NCBI GenBank assembly: GCA_002269645.1
Contig: NIVC01000660.1
Coordinates: forward strand, 425,507-489,506
Length of the DNA: 64,000 nucleotides
Origin: Macrostomum lignano
Lineage: Eukaryota
Reading direction: 5' to 3'
Shown: positions 25,601 through 39,517 of the stretch, in pieces
How the letters are laid out: each line of letters begins with the position of its first letter
Position numbering within the stretch: the stretch's first letter is position 1
Position numbers and translations under genes: made by a program
The notes under the pieces: generated by a model
Told to the model about the DNA's origin: nothing
Databases searched by the model: none
What the model saw: the letters and a program-made list of their open reading frames with translations, nothing else

Positions 25601-28600
25601 CGCAAGCACTCATTTTAGCGCCGCAAGCACTCATCTTAGCGCCAAAAGCACTGATTTTAGCGCCGCAGGCACTCATTTTAGCACCACAGGCACTCATTTT
25701 GGAGCCACAGGCACTCATTTTAGCGCCGCAGGCACTCATTTTAGCGCCGCAGGCACTCATTTTAGCCCCACAGACACACATTTTAGCCCCACAGGCACTC
25801 ATTTTAGCACCACAGGCACTCATTTTAGCGCCGCAAGCACTCATTTTAGCGCCGCAAGCACTCATTTCAGCGCCGCAGGCACTCATTTTAGCGCCGCAAG
25901 CACTCATTTTAGCGCCGCAGGCACTCATTTTAGCGCCGCAGGCACTGATTTTAGCGCCGCAGGCACTCATTTTAGCGCCGCAAGCACTCATTTTAGCGCC
26001 ACAGTCACTCATTTTAGCCCCACAGACACTCATTTTAGCCCCACAGACACACATTTTAGCCCCAAAGGCACTCATTTTAGCACCACAGGCACTCATTTTA
26101 GCGCCGCAAGCACTCATTTTAGCGCCGCAAGCACTCATTTCAGCGCCGCAGGCACTCATTTTAGCGCCGCAAGCACTCATTTTAGCGCCGCAGGCACTCA
26201 TTTTAGCGCCGCAGGCACTGATTTTAGCGCCGCAGGCACTCATTTTAGCGCCGCAAGCACTCATTTCAGCGCCGCAGGCACTCATTTTAGCGCCGCAAGC
26301 ACTCATTTTAGCGCCGCAAGCACTCATCTTAGCGCCAAAAGCACTCATTTTAGCGCCGCAGGCACTCATTTTAGCACCACAGGCACTCGTTTTAGCGCCG
26401 CAGGCACTCATTTTAGCGCCGCAGGCACTCATTTTAGCGCCACAGGCACTCATTTTAGCGCCGCGGGCACTCATTTTAGCACCGCAGGCACTCATTTTAT
26501 CGCCACAGGCACTCATTTTAGCGCCGCGGGCACTCATTTTAGCGCCACAGGCACTCATTTTAGCGCCGCAGGCACTCATTTTAGCACCACAGGCACTCAT
26601 TTTGGAGCCACAGGCACTCATTTTGGCGTCGCAGGCACTCATTTTGGCGCCGCAGGCACTCATTTTGGCGCCGCAGGCACTCATTTTAGCGCCACAGGCA
26701 CTCATTTAAGCGCCGCAGGCACTCATTTTAGCGCCGCAGGCACTCATTTTAGCGCCGCAGGCACTCATTTTAGCGCCGTGGGCACTCATTTTAGCCCCAC
26801 AGACACTCATTTTAGCGCCACAGGCACTCATTTTAGCACCACAGGCACTCATTTTAGCACCACAGGCACTCATTTTAGCGCCACAGGCACTCATTTTAGC
26901 ACCACAGGCACTCATTTTAGCGCCGCAGGCACTCATTTTAGCGCCGCAAGCACTCATTTTAGCGCCGCAAGCACTCATCTTAGCGCCAAAAGCACTGATT
27001 TTAGCGCCGCAGGCACTCATTTTAGCACCACAGGCACTCATTTTGGAGCCACAGGCACTCATTTTAGCGCCGCAGGCACTCATTTTAGCGCCGCAGGCAC
27101 TCATTTTAGCCCCACAGACACACATTTTAGCCCCACAGGCACTCATTTTAGCACCACAGGCACTCATTTTAGCGCCGCAAGCACTCATTTTAGCGCCGCA
27201 AGCACTCATTTCAGCGCCGCAGGCACTCATTTTAGCGCCGCAAGCACTCATTTTAGCGCCGCAGGCACTCATTTTAGCGCCGCAGGCACTGATTTTAGCG
27301 CCACAGGCACTCATTTTAGCGCCGCAAGCACTCATTTCAGCGCCGCAGGCACTCATTTTAGCGCCGCAAGCACTCATTTTAGCGCCGCAAGCACTCATTT
27401 CAGCGCCGCAGGCACTCATTTTAGCGCCGCAAGCACTCATTTTAGCGCCGCAGGCACTCATTTTAGCGCCGCAGGCACTGATTTTAGCGCCGCAGGCACT
27501 CATTTTAGCGCCGCAAGCACTCATTTTAGCGCCGCAAGCACTCATCTTAGCGCCAAAAGCACTCATTTTAGCGCCGCAGGCACTCATTTTAGCACCACAG
27601 GCACTCGTTTTAGCGCCGCAGGCACTCATTTTAGCGCCGCAGGCACTCATTTTAGCGCCACAGGCACTCATTTTAGCGCCGCGGCACTCATTTTAGCACC
27701 GCAGGCACTCATTTTATCGCCACAGGCACTCATTTTAGCGCCGCAGGCACTCATTTTAGCGCCACAGGCACTCATTTTAGCGCCGCAGGCACTCATTTTA
27801 GCGCCACAGGCACTCATTTTGGAGCCACAGGCACTCATTTTGGCGTCGCAGGCACTCATTTTGGCGCCGCAGGCACTCATTTTGGCGCCGCAGGCACTCA
27901 TTTTAGCGCCACAGTCACTCATTTTAGCCCCACAGACACTCATTTTAGCCCCACAGACACACATTTTAGCCCCAAAGGCACTCATTTTAGCACCACAGGC
28001 ACTCATTTTAGCGCCGCAAGCACTCATTTTAGCGCCGCAAGCACTCATTTCAGCGCCGCAGGCACTCATTTTAGCGCCGCAAGCACTCATTTTAGCGCCG
28101 CAGGCACTCATTTTAGCGCCGCAGGCACTGATTTTAGCGCCGCAGGCACTCATTTTAGCGCCGCAAGCACTCATTTCAGCGCCGCAGGCACTCATTTTAG
28201 CGCCGCAAGCACTCATTTTAGCGCCGCAAGCACTCATCTTAGCGCCAAAAGCACTCATTTTAGCGCCGCAGGCACTCATTTTAGCACCACAGGCACTCGT
28301 TTTAGCGCCGCAGGCACTCATTTTAGCGCCGCAGGCACTCATTTTAGCGCCACAGGCACTCATTTTAGCGCCGCGGGCACTCATTTTAGCACCGCAGGCA
28401 CTCATTTTATCGCCACAGGCACTCATTTTAGCGCCGCGGCACTCATTTTAGCGCCACAGGCACTCATTTTAGCGCCGCAGGCACTCATTTTAGCACCACA
28501 GGCACTCATTTTGGAGCCACAGGCACTCATTTTGGCGTCGCAGGCACTCATTTTGGCGCCGCAGGCACTCATTTTAGCGCCGCAGGCACTCATTTTAGCG

Positions 28601-31037
28601 CCACAGGCACTCATTTAAGCGCCGCAGGCACTCATTTTAGCGCCGCAGGCACTCATTTTAGCGCCGCAGGCACTCATTTTAGCGCCGTGGGCACTCATTT
28701 TAGCCCCACAGACACTCATTTTAGCGCCACAGGCACTCATTTTAGCACCACAGGCACTCATTTTAGCACCACAGGCACTCATTTTAGCGCCACAGGCACT
28801 CATTTTAGCACCACAGGCACTCATTTTAGCGCCGCAGGCACTCATTTTAGCGCCGCAAGCACTCATTTTAGCGCCGCAAGCACTCATCTTAGCGCCAAAG
28901 CACTGATTTTAGCGCCGCAGGCACTCATTTTAGCACCACAGGCACTCATTTTGGAGCCACAGGCACTCATTTTAGCGCCGCAGGCACTCATTTTAGCGCC
29001 GCAGGCACTCATTTTAGCCCCACAGACACACATTTTAGCCCCACAGGCACTCATTTTAGCACCACAGGCACTCATTTTAGCGCCGCAAGCACTCATTTTA
29101 GCGCCGCAAGCACTCATTTCAGCGCCGCAGGCACTCATTTTAGCGCCGCAAGCACTCATTTTAGCGCCGCAGGCACTCATTTTAGCGCCGCAGGCACTGA
29201 TTTTAGCGCCACAGGCACTCATTTTAGCGCCGCAAGCACTCATTTCAGCGCCGCAGGCACTCATTTTAGCGCCGCAAGCACTCATTTTAGCGCCGCAAGC
29301 ACTCATTTCAGCGCCGCAGGCACTCATTTTAGCGCCGCAAGCACTCATTTTAGCGCCGCAGGCACTCATTTTAGCGCCGCAGGCACTGATTTTAGCGCCG
29401 CAGGCACTCATTTTAGCGCCGCAAGCACTCATTTTAGCGCCGCAAGCACTCATCTTAGCGCCAAAAGCACTCATTTTAGCGCCGCAGGCACTCATTTTAG
29501 CACCACAGGCACTCGTTTTAGCGCCGCAGGCACTCATTTTAGCGCCGCAGGCACTCATTTTAGCGCCACAGGCACTCATTTTAGCGCCGCGGGCACTCAT
29601 TTTAGCACCGCAGGCACTCATTTTATCGCCACAGGCACTCATTTTAGCGCCGCAGGCACTCATTTTAGCGCCACAGGCACTCATTTTAGCGCCGCAGGCA
29701 CTCATTTTAGCGCCACAGGCACTCATTTTGGAGCCACAGGCACTCATTTTGGCGTCGCAGGCACTCATTTTGGCGCCGCAGGCACTCATTTTGGCGCCGC
29801 AGGCACTCATTTTAGCGCCACAGGCACTCATTTAAGCGCCGCAGGCACTCATTTTAGCGCCGCAGGCACTCATTTTAGCGCCGCAGGCACTCATTTTAGC
29901 GCCGTGGGCACTCATTTTAGCCCCACAGACACTCATTTTAGCGCCACAGGCACTCATTTTAGCGCCACAGTCACTCATTTTAGCCCCACAGACACTCATT
30001 TTAGCCCCACAGACACACATTTTAGCCCCAAAGGCACTCATTTTAGCACCACAGGCACTCATTTTAGCGCCGCAAGCACTCATTTTAGCGCCGCAAGCAC
30101 TCATTTCAGCGCCGCAGGCACTCATTTTAGCGCCGCAAGCACTCATTTTAGCGCCGCAGGCACTCATTTTAGCGCCGCAGGCACTGATTTTAGCGCCGCA
30201 GGCACTCATTTTAGCGCCGCAAGCACTCATTTCAGCGCCGCAGGCACTCATTTTAGCGCCGCAAGCACTCATTTTAGCGCCGCAAGCACTCATTTTAGCG
30301 CCGCAGGCACTCATTTTAGCGCCGCAGGCACTGATTTTAGCGCCGCAGGCACTCATTTTAGCGCCGCAAGCACTCATTTTAGCGCCGCAAGCACTCATCT
30401 TAGCGCCAAAAGCACTCATTTTAGCGCCGCAAGCACTCATTTTAGCACCACAGGCACTCGTTTTAGCGCCGCAGGCACTCATTTTAGCGCCGCAGGCACT
30501 CATTTTAGCGCCACAGGCACTCATTTTAGCGCCGCGGGCACTCATTTTAGCGCCGCGGGCACTCATTTTAGCGCCACAGGCACTCATTTTAGCGCCGCAG
30601 GCACTCATTTTAGCGCCACAGGCACTCATTTTGGAGCCACAGGCACTCATTTTGGCGTCGCAGGCACTCATTTTGGCGCCGCAGGCACTCATTTTGGCGC
30701 CGCAGGCACTCATTTTAGCGCCACAGGCACTCATTTAAGCGCCGCAGGCACTCATTTTAGCGCCACAGGCACTCATTTTAGCGCCACAGGCACTCATTTT
30801 AGCGCCGCAAGCACTCATTTTAGCGCCGCAAGCACTCATTTTAGCGCCACAGGCACTCATTTTAGCGCCACAGGCACTCATTTTAGCGCCGCAGGCTATA
30901 TTTTGGCACCCGGAAGAAAAATTCTTTTTTCCACAACGGGTCGCGAGATGGGGTGGGGGACAAAGCATCGACATGTCCCCCCATAGCTTTTACTGGGGGG
31001 GGGCATGCCCCCCCCCCCTTCAGTGGCGACGCGCCTG
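22639..31037 (+). mobile_element. hAT-type MITE inflated to 8.4 kb by a 21-bp VNTR (gcactcattttagcgccgcag, about 390 units)
   Basis: 14-bp TIR caggggcgtcgcca / tggcgacgcgcctg and a perfect 8-bp TSD ctcgcttg (22631-22638 and 31038-31045). CAGGG termini with an 8-bp TSD are hallmarks of hAT elements. Confidence 0.9.
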
Positions 31038-31399
31038 CTCGCTTGTCAACAGTCGAATATTTCTCAGCTAACACAGAGCCTCGAGAATAGCGAAACGGCC
31101 ACAATGAATGAATTGTAAATTTCAGAAAATTCTGCAATAGAAATTTACAAAGATTGAATTTGCAGCTTGATATAAACCATAGCGCCAAGCGTAGTTGACT
31201 AACGTAACTCGCGGCTGCATGTCTTCGATTGTGGCTAGAATGAGTGTGTTTAAACAAATCAGTGCAGCATTTTATTGCAATAAAAAGTGGTTAAGCACTG
31301 AACAAATTGATATCATTTCGTTCTCGGAAATATTTTTCTACAAGTCACAAAATATCGCTGATGTGGTAACAAATTTCAAGATCAAGATCATCGGTGGCA

Positions 31400-31430
<31 letters not shown>

Positions 31431-31570
31431 AAATCACAGTAATTTGCCTGCAGTTATCAATTAGAAAAATCTGCCGGTGGAGTCACTGAATTGTGCAATA
31501 ATGGCCTGTTTTGACTCGCATTGTGTCTGGATGAAAGTTCTTTACAATGGGACAGCTATAACTGACTCAC

Positions 31571-31982
31571 AGAATGGGCGGCACTTGCTCTCCCAGTTGA
31601 CCAGCGAGGTGTCCATCAGTGGCGAGACCAGCCGCGCAGGGTACAGCAGCACGGGCTCCTTGGCCTGGCAGGAGGCGGGGCCCGCAGAGCAGTTCAGCCA
31701 CATCCGGTACAGTCCGGTCAGGAAGTCCGGCCCGGTCGTCAAGCGGGCGTGCGCCAGCATCGGCATGCCGAGCATCCGATCGATGGCCAGCTGAAAGAAC
31801 GGATGGCCGGGCCTCGAGCCCATCATCGAGTTCATGGCGCAGTAGGAGTAGCCGTACAGAATGCGCGTCTGCTCGCGTCGCTCCTCGCCCAGGAAGGCCG
31901 AGGGCGCCGCAGTGGCCGAGGCGACCGCGAGGCTCTCCTGGACTGGAGGCTGCGTGAACAAGCGGCTGAACGGCTTGCGGCA
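31571..31982 (-). pseudogene. Inverted fragment of glycosyltransferase exon 2
   Basis: Reads CRKPFSRLFTQPP...WESKCRPF with the donor gtgagt retained. The acceptor and the GVYLDMDV (DXD) codons are missing. Confidence 0.85.
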
Positions 31983-32709
31983 AACTGCTCATGTGTAATT
32001 GTGTAATACTTGTACGTATGGATTGATGACTAAAAACTCAGCTAGATCCTCCGTGTAACATCGCAACACGTCGGTACATGCAAGGCCCGTTGCAAACTGC
32101 TCCATTGTTGAAGCATCCCAAAATTCAGGCTACACGTCCAAACTATAACTGCGATGCGAGGCTTCTAAAGTAGAGTTTCAAATTTAGTGCCGAATTCTAC
32201 GAGTAGAGTGGAAATTATGTTCTTGATGAAGCGATGCATAAATGCTGTGGACAATGCTCGAAAACAGCAGAGCAGGGACTGTGCATTAGGAATGTACATT
32301 CATGAGACCCGCCCCTGAGACGAAGTATAATTATAAAGCCCTGAAAAGCTCTGGAGCTGGTCGCCTGCAGTGGAGGGTGTGCGACAGTGGGAGGCATACG
32401 AGCTAAAAAGAAACTGCTTGAGATACTCGTAGACCTGCTCCTAGCAAGCAGACTGGCTCGAATTCGTTAACAGAATCACTTATAGCAACTTGAGATGGAT
32501 GCAACAGCTTTAAGATTTAATTTGCAAAAGCACAAGCTTCTCCTGACTTGTCTTGTCTGTTTGGTAAGCTTGTTTTCATCCACGTTTTTCGCTGGTTAGA
32601 TTTCTGCATCAAGAGTTTCTAAAGAAAAAATCACGACTAATTGCAGAAACTACTGCTGGTTGTGATAGTTGGACTAAAATTTATGAATTCTCAAAACTGG
32701 ACTAAGCAG

Positions 32710-35700
32710 ATTGCGCAGCCAACCAAAGCTTCCGTCCCGTCGAAGATACTTCACGACGTGTTCAAGAGCACCGGGCATCAAACTGATCCAGTGACTACTG
32801 ACCCAGTCACGCCGGTCAGTTCATTCATCAACTACACAGGAATTTCTGGCATCCCGAAGATACTTCACTACGTGTTCAAGAGCGAACAGGTGTTTGACTC
32901 CTACAAGCCGTTCATCAAGAGCTGCCTTGACCAGAACCCGGACTGGCAGGTGCTGTTTTGGAGCGACTCGCACAGCGAGAAGCTGATCGCCGATCACTAT
33001 GCCCGATTCATTCACAAGTACCGCAGCTACCGAGACAGGCTGGAAAAGTCCGACTCTGTTCGGTACATGATTCTGCACAAGTTCGGCGGTGAGCATTCAA
33101 TTAGGGATGCGTTATGGGGCAGAGCAGCTCAAAGGTAAACACGTCTGACCATCGCGTTACAACCCAGTTGGTTCGATTCCGTGCGCAAGCAACATTCAGT
33201 TGTTAAGTAGTCCTTGCTTGCGTGCTTGAAAATTAGCCGACGGAGAGTGTGCATGCCTGACAGATAAAAAAGTCACACCATGTGTGAGCGTGTGTGAGTG
33301 CGTGCCTGCGTACAGTATTGGCGCGCTTGCCTGTGCTCAGAAGTCTGCGGAATGGACAGAATTGCCTCCAGCTGGTCGTAGGTTGTAGGACGCGTTGCAC
33401 CAGGATTCCCACACTTCTATGTGTTTATAATTATTAGGAATGAGTAATTAGCGAAACTTCTTTGAGCCTGGATAATTCTGTAAGGCGTCGGAAAGATCAC
33501 CTCACGCTACCTGCACATTGTGGCTCAAATGCCGCAGGCGTCTACCTGGACATGGACGTCGAATGCCGCAAGCCGTTCAGTCGATTGTTCACGCAGCCTC
33601 CAGTCCAGGAGAGCCTCGCGGTCGCCTCGGCCACTGCGGCGCCCTCGGCCTTCCTGGGCGAGGAGCGACGCGAGCAGACGCGCATTCTGTACGGCTACTC
33701 CTACTGCGCCATGAACTCGATGATGGGCTCGAGGCCCGGCCATCCGTTCTTTCAGCTGGCCATCGACCGTATGCTCGGCATGCCGATGCTGGCGCACGCC
33801 CGCCTGACGACCGGGCCGGACTTCCTGACCGGACTGTACCGGATGTGGCTGAACTGCTCTGCGAGCCCCGCCTCCTGCCAGGCCAAGGAGCCCGTGCTGC
33901 TGTACCCTGCGCGGCTGGTCTCGCCACTGATGGACACCTCGCTGGTCAACTGGGAGAGCAAGTGCCGCCCGTTTCGTGAGTATTGTGGTGCCGTTTCACA
34001 TGTGCGAGCGAGCATGCCTCAAATGCATGCTGTATCTGTGTACCTTAGTCTATGGGTCTGAGTCTAAGTTGCGAATATTGTAAATAAAGCACACGACGTA
34101 TCAACCGATAGATTCTCAGTTTGGGCGTCTTTTTATCACTTTGCTTGGCTTTTGCAGTCTATGGCCCATAGACTAAGGAAAGATCAAGGCCTCTCACAGG
34201 CAGCGTATAGACGGTTCTCAATTTGGATGGCTTTATTCTCAGTTAGGCTGTCAAAAGCTACAGCTAATGTCAAATGTTTTAGAATAATGTGTTGCGGGGG
34301 TGTGCCCTCTCTTTGACGATGTCTATAATCGTCGATGTTTCTGTTGAATTAAATAAGTCGGAGGTTTGATTTGTTTCTCTCGATCTTTAACCTTCAACAA
34401 GATGTTTATTACTAATTAATGTTAGTAGCAATTCCTAATAGGATATTGATCACGCAATTACGCAAATTTGTTAAGCAATTCAGTGAAAATGGAGCCACAG
34501 GCTACTTATCGATATTGTTGCACGAATTGACGTTTGTCCGGATTTATCTCTGTTAGATTGGGATATTAGAGTTCAGGCCCGATTGTTGGGGCAAGCTAGT
34601 GGAGCAGTTGAGGAGGCAAAGAGGCGGAGAACCGAGTGCGGCGAGAGGGCGAGGCGCGAGGTGCGAGGCGCGAGGCGTGAGGCGCAAAGGGGACGAGAGC
34701 GGACAAGGGCGGACGAAGGCGGAGAAGGCTTCATTCTCACTGAACGCTAGTATATATATGATTTCTATAACGCATTTCATTGGTGTTCGCTTCACGCAAT
34801 CGGATCTTTACTGCCGCACAAGCATGTGCTGTACTTTCCTGATAGGAAAACCTTCTGAAGTTCGCATTAGACTAAAAAATAACATTAGGCATAACATGCT
34901 TAAATTAAGATCACTTCAAATGTACTTTGAATAAGATGTGCTTCGCCAATTTTCTAGATTGCCTACACCTAGAAAACAATAGACATAATCTTTCCATTGT
35001 CTATGACAAAACCATGAAAATGATGTGTTTAGCGTGGGACAATGTCATTATGGACATTAACACGCAACAGCAATTTAAACATTACCAAAGGGTAAATTTT
35101 TTATGTCAGAAAAACATCAAAAACTGTTCAACAAAAAAACGTATTTAATCAGCAAATACCAGGCCTACATAGAAACGTCACTCGAAAAGAATATCGATCA
35201 GATTGCGACTGTCGCCAATGGTCACTTTCATCTTCTTTGACGGAGCAGCATATTCCTCCAACGTAGCCTCGCTTATTGTGGTTTGAGTTTTGACGAGCAA
35301 TCTTAACAATCTCATTAGTTTCGGAAACTGTATGATTCAGCGCAGCGCCTGATCCACAGCCAGAGATGCCCTATACAAACTGCGATCACGACGCCTCGAT
35401 AAATAGCGCTGCAGTATTTTCATGTAGTTTTTGTCTTCACCTGTACGAAGCTTTCAATGTTTTAATTCGAGCAATAAACGCAACTCATTTCAGTCTCGAA
35501 GGGAAAGCCGGATGTCAAGCTGGAGGGTAGGAGAAAATGGGAGGCCATGGGCTGCTCTCAGCTGGTTGCCAACGGGTGGAACTACGATCAGACTGACGAT
35601 ACAACGGTTGCTGTGCACCGGTTCCTGCACCTCGGCTACGGGAATCAAGGATTAAACAAGAGGAAATTTAACCTTTTTACCGAATTCCCTAGGATTAAGA

Positions 35701-35717
35701 CTCACTATTCCACTTAG
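32710..35717 (+). CDS. GT32 glycosyltransferase copy B (chimeric 5' end; may be a pseudogene)
   Basis: Exons ~32710-33088, 33538-33975 and 35494-35717 are in frame with no internal stop. No upstream start exon was identified. Confidence 0.65.
33110..33410 (+). mobile_element. tRNA-derived SINE, family X (duplicate of 17150)
   Basis: Same position in the duplicated intron 1. Confidence 0.65.
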
Positions 35718-36711
35718 TGTAACTCAGAGGATTGAAATCACCTTTTATCAGATTGAATGCCAACAGGGCCATAAAGTAAAGCCAATTTCTATAAGCTTTA
35801 TCTTTATGGTTATTTCGCCACTCTTTATGTTTGCATACTCGATTATATTTGGTTTAGCTGACATTACTTGACATTTTGTAGCTATGCTTGTTAAGTACGC
35901 TCGTAGTACAACTTTTGTCGTGCTAAGTGGAACAGTGGGCATGCCAAACGGAACGGCCCATAGAGAGTTCTATGGCCTAACGATTGAATGAAATCGAGAA
36001 AGCAAGGCCATAGACAAGTCGATTTGGCATGCTTTATGGAACGATTAAATAAAATTCAAGACTGGCTTTTCATTGTCTATGGCCCAAAATGGGGTCTGTG
36101 AAGTAACAATTGGAGTTTTCTTTACAGAGAGACTAAAATTCAGACATTAATGAAGCATATTTCAAGTCACAATCACAAATAGAAAGCATCAAAATTGACA
36201 AAAGATCAACATTTAAGACTCAATGGCTCTCTGGGATCTCCACGTTACGGTGGCGGTAGTTTGCTAGGTGCCCTGGAATCTTCGCTTCGTTTGTCTACCT
36301 CTTTAGATGACCGAATGCACCAACCAGAACTCCGAAAAATTGCAATGCAAACCGTAACGTCAGGACCCTTCCTAGGTTGACACCGTGCGCTTTCGTGGGT
36401 GTTCACGAGCCACGAGTCCTAACAACACTGACACATCAGCTTCATCGATAGTCCATGGTGCAAGACAGCGACAATGCACGATGTACGTCTGTACGCTGTC
36501 AGTCACGTACAGAAATTTGAGGCGTCATTATAGCAGAGCTCGATCAACGGTACGAAAATGAAAGCGTCTTGTTGTTGTCTCTGTGAAAAATTCAAATCGT
36601 TGCTATAATCTGGTTAATCGCCCCATAGTAGGACAAATCGACTTGTTTATGGCTTGCTTTCTCGATTTAATTCAATCGCTTGGCCATCATAGAACTCTAT
36701 GGCCAAGATTC

Positions 36712-38062
36712 AAGCCAAGCCACCACAAATTCTATATTGCCTAAATGAGCCACACCCGCCACACATTCTATATTGCCTACATGAGCCACACCCGCCACAC
36801 ATTCTATATTGCCTACATGAGACACACCCGCCACACATTCTTTATTGCCTAGATGAGCCACACCCGCCACACATTCTATATTGCCTAGATGAGCCACACC
36901 CGTCACAGATTCTATATTGCCTGGATGAGCCACACCCGCCACAGATTCTATATTGCCTAGATGAGCCACACCCGCCACAGATTCTATATTGCCTAGATGA
37001 GCCACACCCGCCACACATTCTATATTGCCTAGATGAGCCACACCCGCCACAGATTCTATATTGCCTAGATGAGCCACACCCGCCACACATTCTATATTGC
37101 CTAGATGAGCCACACCCGCCACAGATTCTATATTGCCTAGATGAGCCACACCCGCCACAGATTCTATATTGCCTAGATGAGCCACACCCGCCACACATTC
37201 TATATTGCCTAGATGAGCCACACCCGTCACACATTCTATATTGCCTAGATGAGCCACACCCGCCACAGATTCTATATTGCCTGGATGAGCCACACCCGCC
37301 ACAGATTCTATATTGCCTCGAGATGAGCCACACCCGCCACACATTCTATATTGCCTAGATGAGCCACACCCGTCACAGATTCTATATTGCCTAGATGAGC
37401 CACACCCGCCACACATTCTATATTGCCTAGATGAGCCACACCCGCCACACATTCTATATTGCCTACATGAGCCACACCCGCCACACATTCTATATTGCCT
37501 AGATGAGCCACACCCGCCACACATTCTTTATTGCCTAGATGAGCCACACCCGCCACACATTCTATATTGCCTACATGAGCCACACCCGCCACACATTCTA
37601 TATTGCCTAGATGAGCCACACCCGCCACACATCCTATATTGCCTACATGAGCCACACCCGTCACAGATTCTATATTGCCTCGAGATGAGCCACACCCGCC
37701 ACACATTCTATATTGCCTAGATGAGCCACACCCGCCACACATTCTATATTGCCTAGATGAGCCACACCCGTCACAGATTCTATATTGCCTCGAGATGAGC
37801 CACACCCACCACACATTCTATATTGCCTAGATGAGCCACACCCGCCACAGATTCTATATTGCCTAGATGAGCCACACCCGCCACAGATTCTATATTGCCT
37901 AGATGAGCCACACCCGCCACAGATTCTATATTGCCTAGATGAGCCACACCCGCCACACATTCTATATTGCCTACATGAGCCACACCCGCCACACATTCTA
38001 TATTGCCTAGATGAGCCACACCCGCCACACATTCTTTATTGCCTAGATGAGCCACACCCGCC
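36712..38062. repeat. 36-bp minisatellite, about 37 copies
   Basis: Same unit as 21288-21660. It explains the [12 protein letters not shown]-type ORFs. Confidence 0.95.
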
Positions 38063-38553
38063 TATTAAATTAACCGCCAATTAAACGTGAGCTGCTATGC
38101 AATCTAAGATGCACATTTTCTGTCATTTATATTTCATTTGAATTATCAATAGTTTTATACGCTCGTAAATCTTGGGATTCCAGGTATTTAGAGACATCCA
38201 GAAATAGTCAATTTAGAGAATCTGTAAAAATTGCAGTCTGCAGACTTTTGCAACATCTGCGGGGTCAGAGTGAATCAGAAGCGACAATCGTAGGGTAGAG
38301 ATGCTGGCATTTTATTGTATTTTTAAATTTTGATTGATGATGCAATGCATGCTCCAGCTGGATTAAGGATGAAAGCTGGCATGCTGGATTTCAATCAATT
38401 TTCGATCTGGGATGCCGAATGGCTCTGCGATTCTGGCACTTAAGAAATCAAGTTGCTCACCTATCACTTTCTGGACTACGACATGTTGCCGCGGACAACT
38501 AGAATGCATGGACTGCTCTGTAAACCTTGCACCGTTGCTGGTGTACTCGCTTG

Positions 38554-39517
38554 CAGGGGCGTCGCCATGGATTTTATGGTGGGGGACAAAACCAAGAATT
38601 CAACATGTACATGTACAAGACTAAATTCCTACGTCCTTTGTTTTGAGAATCGGTGTTGTCAGTGCTCATTTTAGCGCCGCAGGCACTCATTTTGGCGCTG
38701 CAGGCACTCATTTTAGCGCCGCAGGCACTCATTTTGGCGCTGCAGGCACTCATTTTAGCGCCGCAGGCACTCATTTTAGCGCCACAGGCACTCATTTTAG
38801 CGCCGCAGGCACTCATTTTAGCGCCACAGGCACTCATTTTAGCGCCGCAGGCACTCATTTTGGCTCTGCAGGCACTCATTTAGCGCCGCAGGCACTCATT
38901 TTAGCGCCACAGGCACTCATTTTAGCGCCGCAGGCACTCATTTTAGCGCCACAGGCACTCATTTTAGCGCCGCAGGCACTCATTTTGGCTCTGCAGGCAC
39001 TCCTCTTAGCTCCGCAGGAACTATTTTTAGCCCCATAGGCACTCATTTTAGCACCACAGGCACTTATTTTAGCCCCACAGGCACTCATTTTAGCACCACA
39101 GGCACTTATTTTAGCGCCACAGGCACTCATTTTAGCGCCGCAAGCACTCATTTAGCGCCGCAAGCACTCATTTTGGAGCCACAGGCACTCATTTTAGCGC
39201 AAAAGGCACTCATTTTGGAGCCACAAGCACTCATTTTTAGCGCCACAGGCACTCATTTTAGCGCCGCAAGCACTCATTTTAGCGCCACAGGCACTCATTT
39301 TGGAGCCACAGGCACTCGTTTTAGCGCAAAAGGCACTCATTTTGGAGCCACAAGCACTCATTTTTAGCGCCACAGGCTATATTTTTGCACCCGGAAGAAA
39401 AATTCTTTTTTCCACAACGGGTCGCGAGATGGGGTGGGGGACAAAGAATCGACATGTCCCCACATAGCTTTTACTGGGGGGGGGGCATGTCCCCCCTCCC
39501 CAGTGGCGACGCGCCTG
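38554..39517 (+). mobile_element. hAT-type MITE, 964-bp paralogue with about 30 units of the 21-bp VNTR
   Basis: Same TIRs and the same TSD ctcgcttg (38546-38553, 39518-39525) as 22639-31037. Confidence 0.9.

Noticed and set aside
22659-30986. Giant ORFs (1906 aa THFSAAG repeats, 900 aa MSACGAK, 819 aa ALILAPQ) suggesting an antifreeze- or mucin-like protein
   Set aside because: The 21-bp unit simply lacks stops in three frames. The array lies inside a TIR/TSD-bounded MITE, indels switch frames, and paralogous copies differ about 10-fold in length.
36697-38084. Cys/His-rich ORFs ([23 protein letters not shown]) resembling metal-binding proteins
   Set aside because: These are frames of the 36-bp VNTR, broken by indels. 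The array is absent from unit 3.
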